Source: Rhynchobatus australiae (Eukaryota). Taken from it: a stretch of DNA of 64,000 nucleotides. The notes below the pieces were generated by a model that worked only from the letters and a program-made list of their open reading frames with translations, did no database searches and was not told the origin of the DNA. The translations under genes were made by a program, and so were the position numbers. Where the stretch lies: contig JAUZTB010000078.1 of assembly GCA_034780895.1 (NCBI GenBank), positions 6,097,672 through 6,161,671 on the forward strand. Reading direction: 5' to 3'. Shown piece after piece: positions 13,275 to 26,159 of this stretch. Position 1 is the stretch's first letter. The number at the start of each line of letters is the position of its first letter.

Positions 13275-13770
13275 CTACATAAGTAGGATTAGTCCAATGA
13301 GCCCTTGAGCCTGCTTTGCCATTCAATATAATTTATTGTCTTGGCCTCAGCACCATTTTCTGCCCATAGCCTTTGCTTCTCTTTTTGTTAAAATACCTGC
13401 TGTGTTTCAGAAATGTAATGCCTTGCTTTGCACCTGTACTCATTAGGCATTCTTTGCATAAATTGTTTAAGATTATGAAGTGATTTTATGTTCAATGACA
13501 CTGCCTCCACAGCTCTCTGGGGTAGAGAATTCCGAAGGTTCATGATACTAGAAGAAATTCCTTCCCTTTGTATTAAACATGTGACCTCTGCCTTGCTTTA
13601 TAGAACCATGCTAGGAAATATCTTTTCAGCATTCATCCTGTCAACCTCCCTCAGAATCTTGTTTTCAAGGCTTACCTCCCATTCTTTTGAACTCCAGTGT
13701 GTAGCCTCAGCCTCATGTCAATTCCTTCATCCTAGTAATACATCTAGTGAGCCTTCTCAAATAAATTGAA
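13275..13770 (-). mobile_element. CR1 3' end fragment
   Basis: agcccttgagcctgctttgccattcaata...ctgcctccacagctctctggggtagagaattccgaaggttca...accctcctcagaatc-like reverse CR1 tail. Confidence 0.6.
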
Positions 13771-16700
13771 CTGTATCATGCAATCTTGTGGAAGCAGAGA
13801 AATTGAATAGGATAAAAATAGAGGAACTTAAAAGTTGGTGGTCTCTTTTGAAGTATCATTCATGATTGTTGAGGTAAACAATGTGGCAGAGGACTACTGG
13901 ATTGTACATGTGGAAACTTCTGGAGACGAATACAAGCAAAGGTCTGAAATGGAAAAATATGGAGGCTAGCCATTGATAACCTGTGGTGAATATATATGTG
14001 GATATTAGGCTTGGGTATATAGGACATAATTTATTGTTGAAACAAAGTTCACAAAGCAGCACAGTGAAAAAGATAGTAAACATAAAAGGATATAAAATAT
14101 GGGAATGGGTAGATTTAATACAGAAAATTGTTAAGCTGTACATTTAGTAAAGAATGAGAAGCAGTTTACATTGGATGGCAAAATGTTTTTAAATATGGTT
14201 CAGGAAGAGAGAAATAATAAGCTAGTTGGGGTTTGCAAATATTTAAGGAAATAATGATAAAGAAGCTTGATGTATGTTAATGCATATTTATGACATGTTG
14301 ACTTCTGTTTGGTTGCAAAAAAATTCAATTTATAAGTTGGGTCATGCGAAGGAATGGCTTAGGAAGCATTGACCTAGAATCTCTGCACATATCAATCTGT
14401 AGGTAAGTCCATCTTTCAGAAAACTTCACAGACCCTTGGCATCACAAAATTACGGGATAATTTACCAAATTAAGGAAGTTTATTAAAACTATTTCTTTCA
14501 TGCTCAGCCACAATATTGCTCAGCATTACGTTTTAGGAAGGCTGTCAAAGCCTTGTATTGGGTGCAGTAGTGATGAACTGAAATAAGGTGGTATGGTATA
14601 AAGCATGGAAATTTTAATGATGTTAAAAGACTAGAGAAGTCAAAAGCACTCAGCTTGATGCACGGAGGGTTAAGGGGAGATTTAATAGAAGTATTTACAA
14701 TGTCTTCTGACTGAATTAGTGAAAACAGTTTCTCCTGGCAAAGGGACAAGTAACTGGGCGATGCAGATTTAAGTAGTTATCTCCCATGCTGTCGGATTCT
14801 CTGTGGTGACTAGCATCAAGAATGTGGAAATGCATTTAAAAATCAAAAATAGCACATATGCTGGAAATGGGAAATAAAAGCAGAATTATGGAAATAAGCA
14901 ACAGGTAGATAAAGAACTCAGTGCCGACAGATCATTTACCTGTAACGTGAACTCAGTTTCACTCACTACGAGTCTGTTTGACCACCTGAGTTTTCCCAAT
15001 CTTTGTTACAATTTGGAATAGCAGTCTCTGTGACAGTGGGAAATTGGATTTGGGTTAATTCCTTAAGGTAAGCTCCAGTAATAAGTCACAAAAATTTAAT
15101 TTAGTGCTGGCAAATCCAGATGTTCAGAATTCAATTCTTCCATAAAACTAGTAGATGTGGTTTCTGACCAGTGTTCTGTCAAAGTAACACAGGTGGTTGT
15201 AGACCAACAGATGTCTGAACTCTTGGTGGTGTATTAACATCTGTGAAATAGTGAGATGGTATAATGGTTTGAATAGTGAGGTTTTAGGTAGTAAATAAAA
15301 ATAATCAGGCTATTAAGTTATGGTAATTTAGAGAGGTCAGATGAGATGTTTTTGGACTTTGCATTGTAGCTTCACATTCTTTTAATGTCATTTGCAATTT
15401 TTTGTGGATTTTTTTAACAATATTCTAGGGAGGTTATTTAGTAACTTTATTAATCTTTCTCCAAAATTTACTAATTTGGGTTGATGATTGTATTGGAATT
15501 ATTTGAACAAGTATCTGAAGGTTTGTGACTGTACAGCTAAATTAGATGGACTAGTTTTTTTCTCTCGTTCTCTGAAATGCTTTGAAATTAACTCTACAGA
15601 AGAGATTGAGCACAGATATAATTGCCGCTTTGTGTTCCACTGCTTACCATAGCTATCCTTTGTCACAGCTGGAATAGTTATCCTTGGATCTTTTCATTAC
15701 TGGTGAAAGGTAATATTTTAAGGTACATGTGCTACACAAAACAATTGCTTATTTCTTGTTAATCCATTGATCATTTCTACTTTGAAGAATTCATATTTAG
15801 TTACAGTATTGATGAATTTCTGAAATATACAGACATTGGCAATCAGGATTGAACAAGAAGTAGGGATGTGATTTTCTCCAAATGGCATTAATCTCACAGA
15901 TTAAATTTCAATTAAAACCAGTAGATTATAATATCACAAAATATATACAAGAACAAGCTATCTTGTCTAAAAAGCAATCTTAGTTCCTGACACATGACTT
16001 GCCTTTACTGGTGTTGTCTAGAATATGTGCACAAAAAACAGATTAGTGGAATGATTAACGGTAGTGAGTATAATCATCACAGGCACAGGAACAGAATGTG
16101 GTCGGAGTTGAACATAGAAATTGCTTTGGAGTGTTGCTAATATCTTAAGGATCACTTAAAAATGCGGCAGAGAATTTGTGTATCATTGAAACTGTCATTT
16201 GGCTATTAAAAAATATTAAGGAAATTCCTCAAAGTGATGGGCATATTGTCCTGATCTTGTAATTGTGTTTCAAATCACTGACCCATTGTAGTTTGATAAC
16301 AATGCTGTGTGCTGCTACAATTACAGTTCTTATTTGTAGCAGAAAGGAAGCTTCCATAATTGATGGTTACCTGTACTTTCATTCTCCATTGTGTTTCTGT
16401 GCTCCAATGCAATATGTTTTAATGCTTCTCTTTACATTTAGTAATTTGAACTTTATTCTACTGTGAATCCCAATATAATATTTAAGTGCAGTTTGAGTAG
16501 ATTTTCCTGTAGTACAACTTTGAAGGATTTCATTGATTTTGTAAAATGAAAACAGTAAGTGCAATTATTTACACTGGAGATGCATTAATTTGTTGAGGAA
16601 TCCTTGAATATTTCCAAAAAAGAAACTGATCAAACATTTAATAGAAACTACAACTTTTGCAGTTAAAATTTAATTTTCACTGAAATTAAATATTTTTTCA

Positions 16701-17701
16701 TGTATTTGAGTGAATAAGATTACAATTTGCAAGTCCAAAAGCATCTGTAAAGTGACAAAATGTTGCAGTTTTATCACCATTGTGGATTGTTGTTCCATAA
16801 TCTCATCATATGCAGAATAGTTTTAGCAAATGTGAGAGAACTGGTTTATACACCACTGAAGTTTTGGGAAATTTTTGGAGTTAGTTTTGCAGGCTGTTTT
16901 AATAACAAGGAAGCCCCTTTTGTAGCCCACAGGCATGGTGTTGGAAGCAAATGTGTATGCTCATAGCAAGGTTAGTGCTTTTATTTCTGATCATAGTCTT
17001 GGGATGCTTCTGGCAATGTTTTCTCCTTAGTACCTTGTCATTTTTTTTCTTTTTGGCCCTGTTGCTTTCCCTGGTGAAATTACTCTTTTGTGGTGATTTG
17101 TTTCTGCACCATTTTAAAACTTAAGTGATGTGAGAAGAGTGAAATGGGCTTCAGTTTAAACTGAATTAATAGAATTTCTTACAGGTTGCATTTTCTCCTA
17201 TTCCCATAATCTTAACCCAGTTTTATTGCACAAAATAAAGATTTTCATACTTGAGTGAATTTTGAAGCAGGTAAATATCTGTTCTGGTTATTTGAACATT
17301 GGAGAAATTATGGGTAAGTGTTAATTAAACAATTATGAAAAACAGCATAATCTCAAAATTTCAGAACTACAAAGAATTCAAGATGTAGCAGGAATTTCAA
17401 AGGCAAAAAATGAAATAGAGCACAGGAGAAAATGTGTGATAGACTCTGATGTAGCAATACAACACTGCATTTTTTTTCATAGCTTAGTTCTTCACTTAGG
17501 GATGGTAGCCAGTATGGATAACGCCTTTATTAGGGTATTGCGTATTTTCCTAATTTGCCATGCCATATTTTGGAGCCATCTAACTATCCGATGGAGATTA
17601 TAGATTCCAAAATGTAATTTACTGTTATATTCAATCTGGATTAACAGAAAATTTGGGCAAAAATTTAAATGACATTTAAGTACCAATTCTTCAAATGCAA
17701 A

Positions 17702-17878
17702 AAGATTAAGATTTCTTTATTAATCACATGTACATCGAAACAATGTATAGTGAAATGCATCTTTGCTTAGAATGTTCTGGGGGCAGCCCACAAGTGTCGC
17801 CACGCTTCCAGAGCCAACATAGCTTGCCTACAACTTCTTAACCTGGACGTCTTTGAAATGTGGGAAGAAACCAGAGCA
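17702..17878 (-). mobile_element. 5'-truncated V-SINE
   Basis: gtctttgaaatgtgggaagaaaccagagca is the reverse V-domain; its tail (ctttattaatcacatgtacatcgaaa) differs from the 39871 subfamily. Confidence 0.6.
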
Positions 17879-18469
17879 GTAAACTATATGTTTTTGGGAG
17901 TTTCTGATTAATTTGTGGCCAAATAGTCCATTTCTTACGCATTTCATTTCTTGGAAATTTTAAAACATTCTTTTCAGAGTAGCTGTTAGCTTGAGTGATC
18001 TTATTGGCTAACGTTCACATACCATAACCAGATGTTATTCCTTTCCTCTCAATTTCCTTTGCTAGCAGTAATGCCACTATTTAAGGAATCTGTCTGATCG
18101 CAATCTGGCGCTCTTGGTGCTGCACGGATTTAAGTTTTTGAGTTTGCATAGCAATTATGTGTTCAATTAGTTCCTAAATCAAAAACAATTATCTATCGGG
18201 CAAGAGTCTGTGAGTAAGGTGAACTTTAAGCCATATTTGTTCTGTGCTGAGGATCTCTACTATATACTATTTTAGCATTAAGTAATTGGAATTTTTCTGC
18301 CATGTTTCCTGTATTACACCAAAAGCACACAGTTTGTGATGTAACATTGCAGCATCTGTTGGTGATTCATTCTTGAATTTAGTGGGCGGAAAGGCAAAAT
18401 TAACAGACAGGGAACAGGTATAGCAAAGGTCTGTGCTTAAATGTTTGACAGCTCGGACCTGTACATAAT

Positions 18470-20460
18470 AATGGGATATGGTTCAATGAGCAGTACAAAA
18501 ACGATATCAGGAAGGGGGCAATGTATACCTGAAAATGAGATGCCAACTTGAATTACGGCATCTTTCACATCTGGTTGTGAATGGTGATAGACAATCAAAC
18601 GACTAACAGGAGGAAATGGCTCCAAGTATGTCCACATTTTTGAGGGGCTTGGGATTTGACTGCTGAACTCAAGGTGGATGCAACACAATCATTTTCTGCC
18701 ATGTGCGAAATCGATGATCCATCCTTGTTTCCTGTGATTCCCACCATCACAGAAGTCAATCTTCAACCAATTCATTTCCCTCTGTGATACCAAGAAACGG
18801 TTGAGAGCACAGGATATAGCAAAGACTATGCAACTGGATAACAGCCCACTGCAGTACAGTAGATCACTAATATTTCAGAACTAAGCACAGCTCTGGCCCA
18901 TGCTGTTTCAATGCAGTTATGATACTAGCATCTACCCCCAACAATATGGGAAATTGCCCAGGAAAAGCAAGTTCACAGCAAGCAACACAAATCCAGTCCA
19001 GCTACTTGCTGTCTAAGCACTCAGCCATTAGCAAATTATTGGAAGCAGCACTTATCAAAAACCAGTTCACTGAGGGGCAGTTTCATAGGACCGTGGCTCT
19101 ATCAGATCCAGTTATTTTCAAACCCACAGGTTCTTTCAGGAGTCCAGGAATGAATTGAAAACAACTTGGTGCTTCACAGAGTTTTATTGGAAAGTTTAAA
19201 ACAAAGAAACAGTCACAGAGCACATGGCACTAGCTTTGATGCATTGAGACACAGGGAACAAAAGAAAGCTCGGGCCAGGAGGGCGGTGAGCAAAAGGGAG
19301 ATTGCTTTTTTACACCTTTTATACCTGAAATAAGAGATGCTCTTTAGCTAACAATAGTCCATTCGGGAAACCTATTAGATACTTGTGGCCAAACCAACCA
19401 ATGAAAAAACTACATTCACCTGATGGACAAACCAACAAGCTAGTAAGCGGCCATTCCTTGTGGAGCCACTTGAGGTGTATTAAACACTATACATGTTTTT
19501 AAAACAAAAACTAATTAAAACAGTCGAATCCAACAGCTCCTTACCTCATCACAGCCTTTGTCCAAGTGTGGTTCAGAGAACTGAATTCCTGAAATAGAAA
19601 CAAAACACTCAGCAGGTTGGCAAATCAGCTGTGGGAACCAAAACAGTGTTAATGTTTCATGTTGAAGACACTTTCTCAGAATTGCTTTCTGCCACTTTGA
19701 CAGCTGATTCCCTGGTCCCAGCCAGCTCACCTTTAGGATAGGGAGCTGGATTCCAGAGGTTCAATTCCATTTGCAACTCAGCAAATGAATCCATACACTT
19801 GCAGAAATGCAATAGGCAATAACCTATGAGAGTGTCGAAGCAACTACCTTTGATGTTAAATGGCATTACCATCACCAGTTCTCCACTCTCGACCAGAAAC
19901 TTAAGTACCAGCCACATAAAGACTGGCTTTGAGAGCAGATCAGAGGCAGGGTATCTTGAAGCAAGTGACTTGTCTGATACCAGAAATCTTTTTGCTATCT
20001 GCAAGACAAATCAGAAGAATATTCCCTGCCTGGATGGGTGCACTCCCAACAATCAGAGCTTGTCACCAATCAGGACAAAGCTGTGTGCTTGATTGGCATC
20101 CCATCAACCATTCCAACAATTAAATCCTTCCTACATAGCATGCTGTAGCTGCAACATGTACCATCAACAAAATGCACGCAGTTACTTGCCTAAGTTCTTT
20201 CTGACAGCATTTCCTAAACCAGTGGTCTGTATCACCAAGATAGGCAAGGACTTGAGGCTCATGGGAACATCACCTGCAGACTCCTTAGAGGTTGCACACC
20301 ATCCGGATTTGGAAATATATCACGTTTCTTAATCAGCGCTAGGTTTAAAATCCTTATTCCCTTGATCAGAAGAACTCAAGATGGCAGCTCACTAGAACTT
20401 TAAGGACGTTTGGGGATGGGTAATAGATGTTGCCCTTGCCAGTGATGCCCAGATCCTGTT
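18470..20460 (+). mobile_element. Degenerate CR1-clade LINE (second family), interrupted by a solo LTR
   Basis: Shares motifs with 26160-27050 and 40880-41975 (ggcattaccatcacc, gaccagaaact, catgggaacatcacctgca, ttggaaatatatcac, ccttgccagtgatgccca). Confidence 0.7.
19100..19535 (-). mobile_element. Solo LTR (436 bp) with 4-bp TSD GCTC
   Basis: GCTC at 19096-19099 and 19536-19539. On the minus strand the termini are TGTTGGATTC...GGATCTGATA (imperfect TG..CA inverted ends), with a CCAAT-type box, TATAAAA (about 19320) and AATAAA (about 19185) in U3-R order. The host LINE is continuous across the insertion. Confidence 0.75.
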
Positions 20461-21282
20461 GAGCATTTGCATCTATCTGTGGGCTAATCTATGCTTTGTT
20501 ACTGCTATTTTGGAGTTTCGTACAGTGCTACATTCAGCAGATGATTTTTGCAAGTGGCAGAGATGCAAAGACCATGGTAAATATTAGAAATTTAAGGTTC
20601 CTGTTGGTGCCCATGTTTCATTTGGCAGGGGTTGTGGTAGTCTGGTGTAATTTCATGTTGGATTAGTGGGTGAAGGAAAAACATGATCAGTATCCTCAAA
20701 TGCTGTTGGCATAGGGAGAACACTGGGGCCGTGAAATAAATTCATGTTTGTTGANNNNNNNNNNNNNNNNNNNNNNNNNNNNNNNNNNNNNNNNNNNNNN
20801 NNNNNNNNNNNNNNNNNNNNNNNNNNNNNNNNNNNNNNNNNNNNNNNNNNNNNNNNNNNNNNNNNNNNNNNNNNNNNNNNNNNNNNNNNNNNNNNNNNNN
20901 NNNNNNNNNNNNNNNNNNNNNNNNNNNNNNNNNNNNNNNNNNNNNNNNNNNNNNNNNNNNNNNNNNNNNNNNNNNNNNNNNNNNNNNNNNNNNNNNNNNN
21001 NNNNNNGGTCTTTTCAAAGTCTGTTCCAAGCTGGTCACCTTTCATCCAAAAGGATTCATTCAGGTTATGCTGTTATTTTAACCTTTTTTGTTCTGGAAAT
21101 GTGATTCCTTGTTTGGCATAACTTTGTACAGTCCAGGAGCAAATGCTCAGGTCTTAGTTATTTTGATTTAAATTAATTTCAATAACATTAATATATAAGG
21201 AATCTTAAGATGCTTAATAATTTCAGAGTGAATAATAGCTTGCCTGTGAGTTGTAACTAATGGTTTTATCTTTTGTTTTTAG

Positions 21283-21426
<144 letters not shown>

Positions 21427-21809
21427 TGAGAAGGATATGCTGCAATGGATATTTGGTTTATTGGAATGCAGATCCTTCTGATTCATCCTTCTGCACTAGA
21501 AATGTATATTGCTTAAATACAGCAATCTGTAGTTAAGGCGAGGATAATAGGGAAAGGCTGGAAAAGTTTACTAAATTAGATTTGTTAACTTTTCACTGGA
21601 AGATATGTACCGGAGTAGCCTGAAAATGAAAATTTCCTGCAAATGAAAATATATTTTCCATCTTAGTTGTAAATTAACATCCAATTCTTTGGCCCTATGT
21701 CAGTGAGACCCATAAAGGCATAAGACCAGAAAACTGGGATGTAGCAAGCAACCTTTAAAATTAGGAGTGCAAGTAGAAAAGGTCAAAGTAAATAGGCCAG
21801 ATTTTGGGT

Positions 21810-22225
21810 CTTGGCTCAGTGATCTCATTTTTGCTTAAATCAAGAGGTTCATGAAATTCAGGTTATGTTCCAAAAATTTAAGCACCTTATCCAAATTGAC
21901 ACCTGATTGTACAGCATACTCACCTAGTACTATTTGAAGCAGCAACTCTCAGATTTTACATTGAATGTCTATCCAGTCAAATGTGCACACATGCTCCTAT
22001 GGCACTATTCGAAGAGGAAGAGAAAAGGACTTCATAACCATATTTCTTAATCAGTGTTCAAAAGATTTTTGTGGCCATTTATCACATTGCTGTTGGTGAG
22101 ACTTTGTGCAAAGCAGCTGCAGTTATTTTGTACATTTCCTTAATAACTGTACTTCAAACCAACTTGATGGTGAACTGCTGTGGGACACCAAAAGGATGTA
22201 AAAGTTGCTGTGTTGCAAATGCTGT
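21810..22225 (+). mobile_element. Deu-domain SINE (SacSINE1/AmnSINE1-like), degenerate
   Basis: ctatggcactattcgaagaggaag...atcacattgctgttggtgagactttgtgcaaagcagctgc...acttcaaa...gctgtgggacacc follows the Deu-domain motif order. Confidence 0.55.
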
Positions 22226-22928
22226 ACTTCTTGACCTATGGAGTCACTGACAATAAAAGCAGATCAATGATGTTGAATTATTCCATAACACTGGATTGTG
22301 TACAATTAAAATATTGTGCCTCATATTTTTGGAGCAGTGAAAAGGATGCATGGTGTACTCAGTAAAGCACCAAGAATATTTTTTTGCCATGAGAGGATTC
22401 AAAATTGAGATTTCGTAGAAATAGAAAATTGAGGATAGTTTTCATTGTTTTTGAGAGGGTAAGTAGTGAATTACTCTTTCCGCTGGGTGGGCAATTGGTA
22501 ATAAAGGGTATGTGTCAGGAATTTATTAGAGTTCAGTAGGTTTAGATTGGTTGCGGTCAGTTTGGGGTACAAAATCCTTGGTTTGGTTTGGGTTTTAATG
22601 TTATACTTGAGCAGATCTCTAGTGCAAAGTTCCCCTCTGATGGATTAGTTTTAGGGAGTTAAAATATCATTGTCACAATGATAACTGCAACCACCATTGT
22701 TGTAATTCAATACTGTTGAAAGGCAGTAGGAAGCAAGATCCCTGCAGTTATTTTGAGACTGTAGCTTTAGTACACCTACCCTTCAATTTTCAGTGCAGAA
22801 AATTCATAAAAATCACATTTTTTCCCATTTTCACAGATATATGACCATTTTTATTGAGAAAATGTTTCAACTTCAATGTGGCATCTTTTAGCCAGGTGTT
22901 TAAAATGTGGAAATTACTCCTGGTTGTG

Positions 22929-22995
22929 ACCTTTCTTACACGTGTTAAGAAAAAAATAGAGTAATGCTTCTATTTTTAACACGTGTAAGAAAGGT
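22929..22995. repeat. 20-bp perfect inverted repeat with extended inner pairing, containing two CACGTG E-boxes
   Basis: acctttcttacacgtgttaa (22929-22948) pairs with ttaacacgtgtaagaaaggt (22976-22995); inner aaataga pairs with tctattt. Confidence 0.93.
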
Positions 22996-23077
22996 GCATC
23001 TCTGACCACATTGTGTACAAAGCAAGCCAATTTAGGTGGAAGTTGGATTTCATACTTTGGTTTGTATTTTTTTCTAG

Positions 23078-23284
23078 GATGTTTTTGAGATGCGTTTTGC
23101 AAAAATGCCAGATGAGCCTGTTGAACCAGTTGTTCCATCTCCTCCTCCTGTGCCACCTCCAACCAACCAGGTGTCATCCTCATCCTCGAGTGATAGTAGC
23201 AGTGACAGCTCCTCTGACAGTGACAGCAGCACAGATGATTCTGAGGAAGAGCGGGCACAGAGGCTGGCTGAACTTCAAGAACAG
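23078..23284 (+). CDS. brd4: BRD4 coding exon: end of BD2, NPS Ser/Asp CK2 cluster, start of motif B ([14 protein letters not shown]...[25 protein letters not shown])
   Basis: Acceptor tttttctag|GAT and donor CAG|gtacca; 207 nt, phase 0-0. [17 protein letters not shown] matches BRD4. Confidence 0.97.
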
Positions 23285-26159
23285 GTACCATCTGTGAGGC
23301 CTCGTATAAATCATGGTGGGACATGATTTCAGTATCCTAGCTCCATATTTCTGCAGTAGGCAGGATAAAGGGAATTTATTTTAAGTTATTTTATATTAAA
23401 TGATTGTTACCACTTTAAGATGGTGTTGATATTTTTAAATCATTTGAGCTAGACTGTGAGGAGTTATTTCAAATGAAACTGTAGTAGTTCCCACTTGGTA
23501 GATAGGGAAGGTTGAATGGGCTGTTCCCTTTTCTGATGCTGGCTAAGGAATAGATTGTTCAAAGTGAAGTGTTCACTTGTGAATACCCATGTTCGAGGTC
23601 AAAAAAAGGCAATTTCATATTTCTGTATTCATGTGATTTACTGTTTCTAAAGACTTGTGTGTGTACATGGGTGACATAGCATTAATAAGAAATTTCAGCG
23701 CTGTTACTGGCCATGTAGCTCTGTCAATCAGGATTTGCATTTATCTTGGCTATTTGGGATATATTTACTCAAGTGAGTCTTTCTTTTTATTTCACTCATG
23801 TGCCCACTATAGAATGCCTTGGTTAAATGTTGATTTGGCTAATTCTTGGTCATACTGCAACACTCAATGTGTTTTGGCTGTTTATTATTAATACATTTTC
23901 TTCAGAGTTGGATGGCCTACCATGCTCTCTTGAATCATTCCCCTTTAAGCTGTGGAGCAAAATATTGCCTAATTTATCCTTGAATGTTACCAGTTAACCA
24001 AATGTTTTAGTACTGCCCTATTTTCCAAGCATTACAATTTTCTTTAGTTTTGATCTTAAGTAGTTGGTGTCTATAGTCTGCATTGACTGACTTAGCATCT
24101 TTTTATAGGCATTATTGCACCTCAACAAATGGAAGGCAGCCAATTAAGTATGACTTCCTATACCTCTAATGCAATTATAATTCTGGATGGAGCAGTGATT
24201 AGAAATGCAGTGAAGAGTGAATGTTTACTTAGAGCACTGAATATAGTTTTCTCTTTACCAGTTCCTATTTTTACAGCTGAAGTATTGTTTTTGGTCAGAA
24301 AGAAACCTATGAAATTACATGCTTGAAAGCCATATTATGAGTTTATTTCTTGGGCCCTGGATATTGTAGTAGAGGGGAAAAAAAGTGTCAGTAAATTAGG
24401 AACAAGATGGGAAAAATAGCGGACTTTCGAGTAAGTGATCAAAATTCAGTATTGTCAAATAAAAGGTGATCTGATCAATGTTCTTGATTTCACTAGATTT
24501 TGGGAAATCAACTTTAATTTGTAACTAAGCAAGGAAGATCACAATTTAATCAATGTTAAAAGCATGAATTCTATCAGTGTTGTGGAATTGTCTTGGAACA
24601 TTACATAAAGTTGCCAGCACCACCATAAATGATACAGAATCTTTTGAGGAAGACCTTGATACCAGCTAACTCATATTTTTGATTATGCTAATCTGTACAT
24701 TGAAATTCAATTCGATCAAAGTCATAATTTGAGAACTGAGAATGAGTTAGAATGTTATTCTAGCTGATTAAAAGAAGAAAAGCTCTTTGCAAAACTATTT
24801 AGTATCTTGTACAAATATACTGCTTCAGAATTGATTCCACTTTGAAACAAAATGTGGAATTTAGATGGAAGGCACTTGTAAATTCACGACTGAATCATGT
24901 TGATTGAATATTGTACAACTGAAAGTTTGGAGTAAACACTTAGGTTGGAAATGAGTTTGTTTAATTGCATATTGCGCTGTGGCTAGAGATGATGTCTGTC
25001 ACAAGTAAATCGTCTTTGGATGCAGGGTGTTTCTTTTTTCTCCTTGTGATGTGACTTACTTTTTAGTGATTGAAGACAGAATTCAGGGGAAAAAAAGGAT
25101 ATTGTCTACCCAACTGGAGAGCAAATTATACATGACATTTATTTGGAATGTGTAAATTCAGGTACATGTTGGAAATATGAGTAACATTTTCAAAATTGTC
25201 TTGGATTTTTAAATTTCCTCAAAGTTCTTACAATCGATCAGCAATAACAAAATATACTTGGGAATTTGAGGCTCAAGATAAAAATTAATGGATAATACTA
25301 GCTTATTTGCTCAAAGGTCAAACACTGATATTCTGATCTGTATGCAGCTTTTTATGAAGAGATCAGTCTCAAAGTATTGGAATTTTGCTATGTGGGTGTT
25401 GCCGTTTTGCCACCTTCCCACTTGTCCAGGCATTTCATTGTTACCTCATGATAGCAGTGGTTTAGTACATTTAGTTCAGAATATGCTATGCTTCAGCCAA
25501 CCACTTAAATACACCCAGCTTAATTGAGAACGCCAACATCAATTTTAAGAGACAGTATCAAGAAGAGAGTAAGTGATAGGAACTAAGGAATAAGCTGCTT
25601 ACCATGTTAGGAATTGATTCTTTCCATAGCTGAAGGACAGGTATGATTTGACTAATTTACAACAGTTAGATTTGTATGTTAACTGGAATTCTTAAAATTG
25701 AGTTTGCTGAATGACAATTTGGAAAACATTTTAACCCATCAAGGATGTGACTGAATCTACTCAATCTATAGAATTACTTGACTGAAATAAAAGCAGAAAA
25801 TCCTGGGAAAAACTCAGCAGATCATGCCTGATTTACAGTGAAACAGTTGAGTCAATGATCTGTCGTCAGAACTGGGAAAAGTTAAAAATTAAGTTTTAAA
25901 TTGCAGGAGAGGCAGAGAGAACAAAAGGAACAGCCTGTAATAAGGTGGAGATCAGGATAGATTAAATAACATAGAAACATAGGGAAGAGGAGTAGGAGTA
26001 GGCTAGCTGGCCTCTTGGCCCTGAACCTTGATTCAGGACTGGAATGATAATTATTAAAAATTGTTGAAGCTTAAGATAAGCTCAGAGCAGCTGCTCATCT
26101 TCCTAGAGCACACCTTCAGGGCATAACATGAAATTCAATGATTTCAGATTATTGCAATC

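Noticed and set aside
20653-21121. ORFs spanning the 20755-21006 gap
   Set aside because: Artefacts of N runs.
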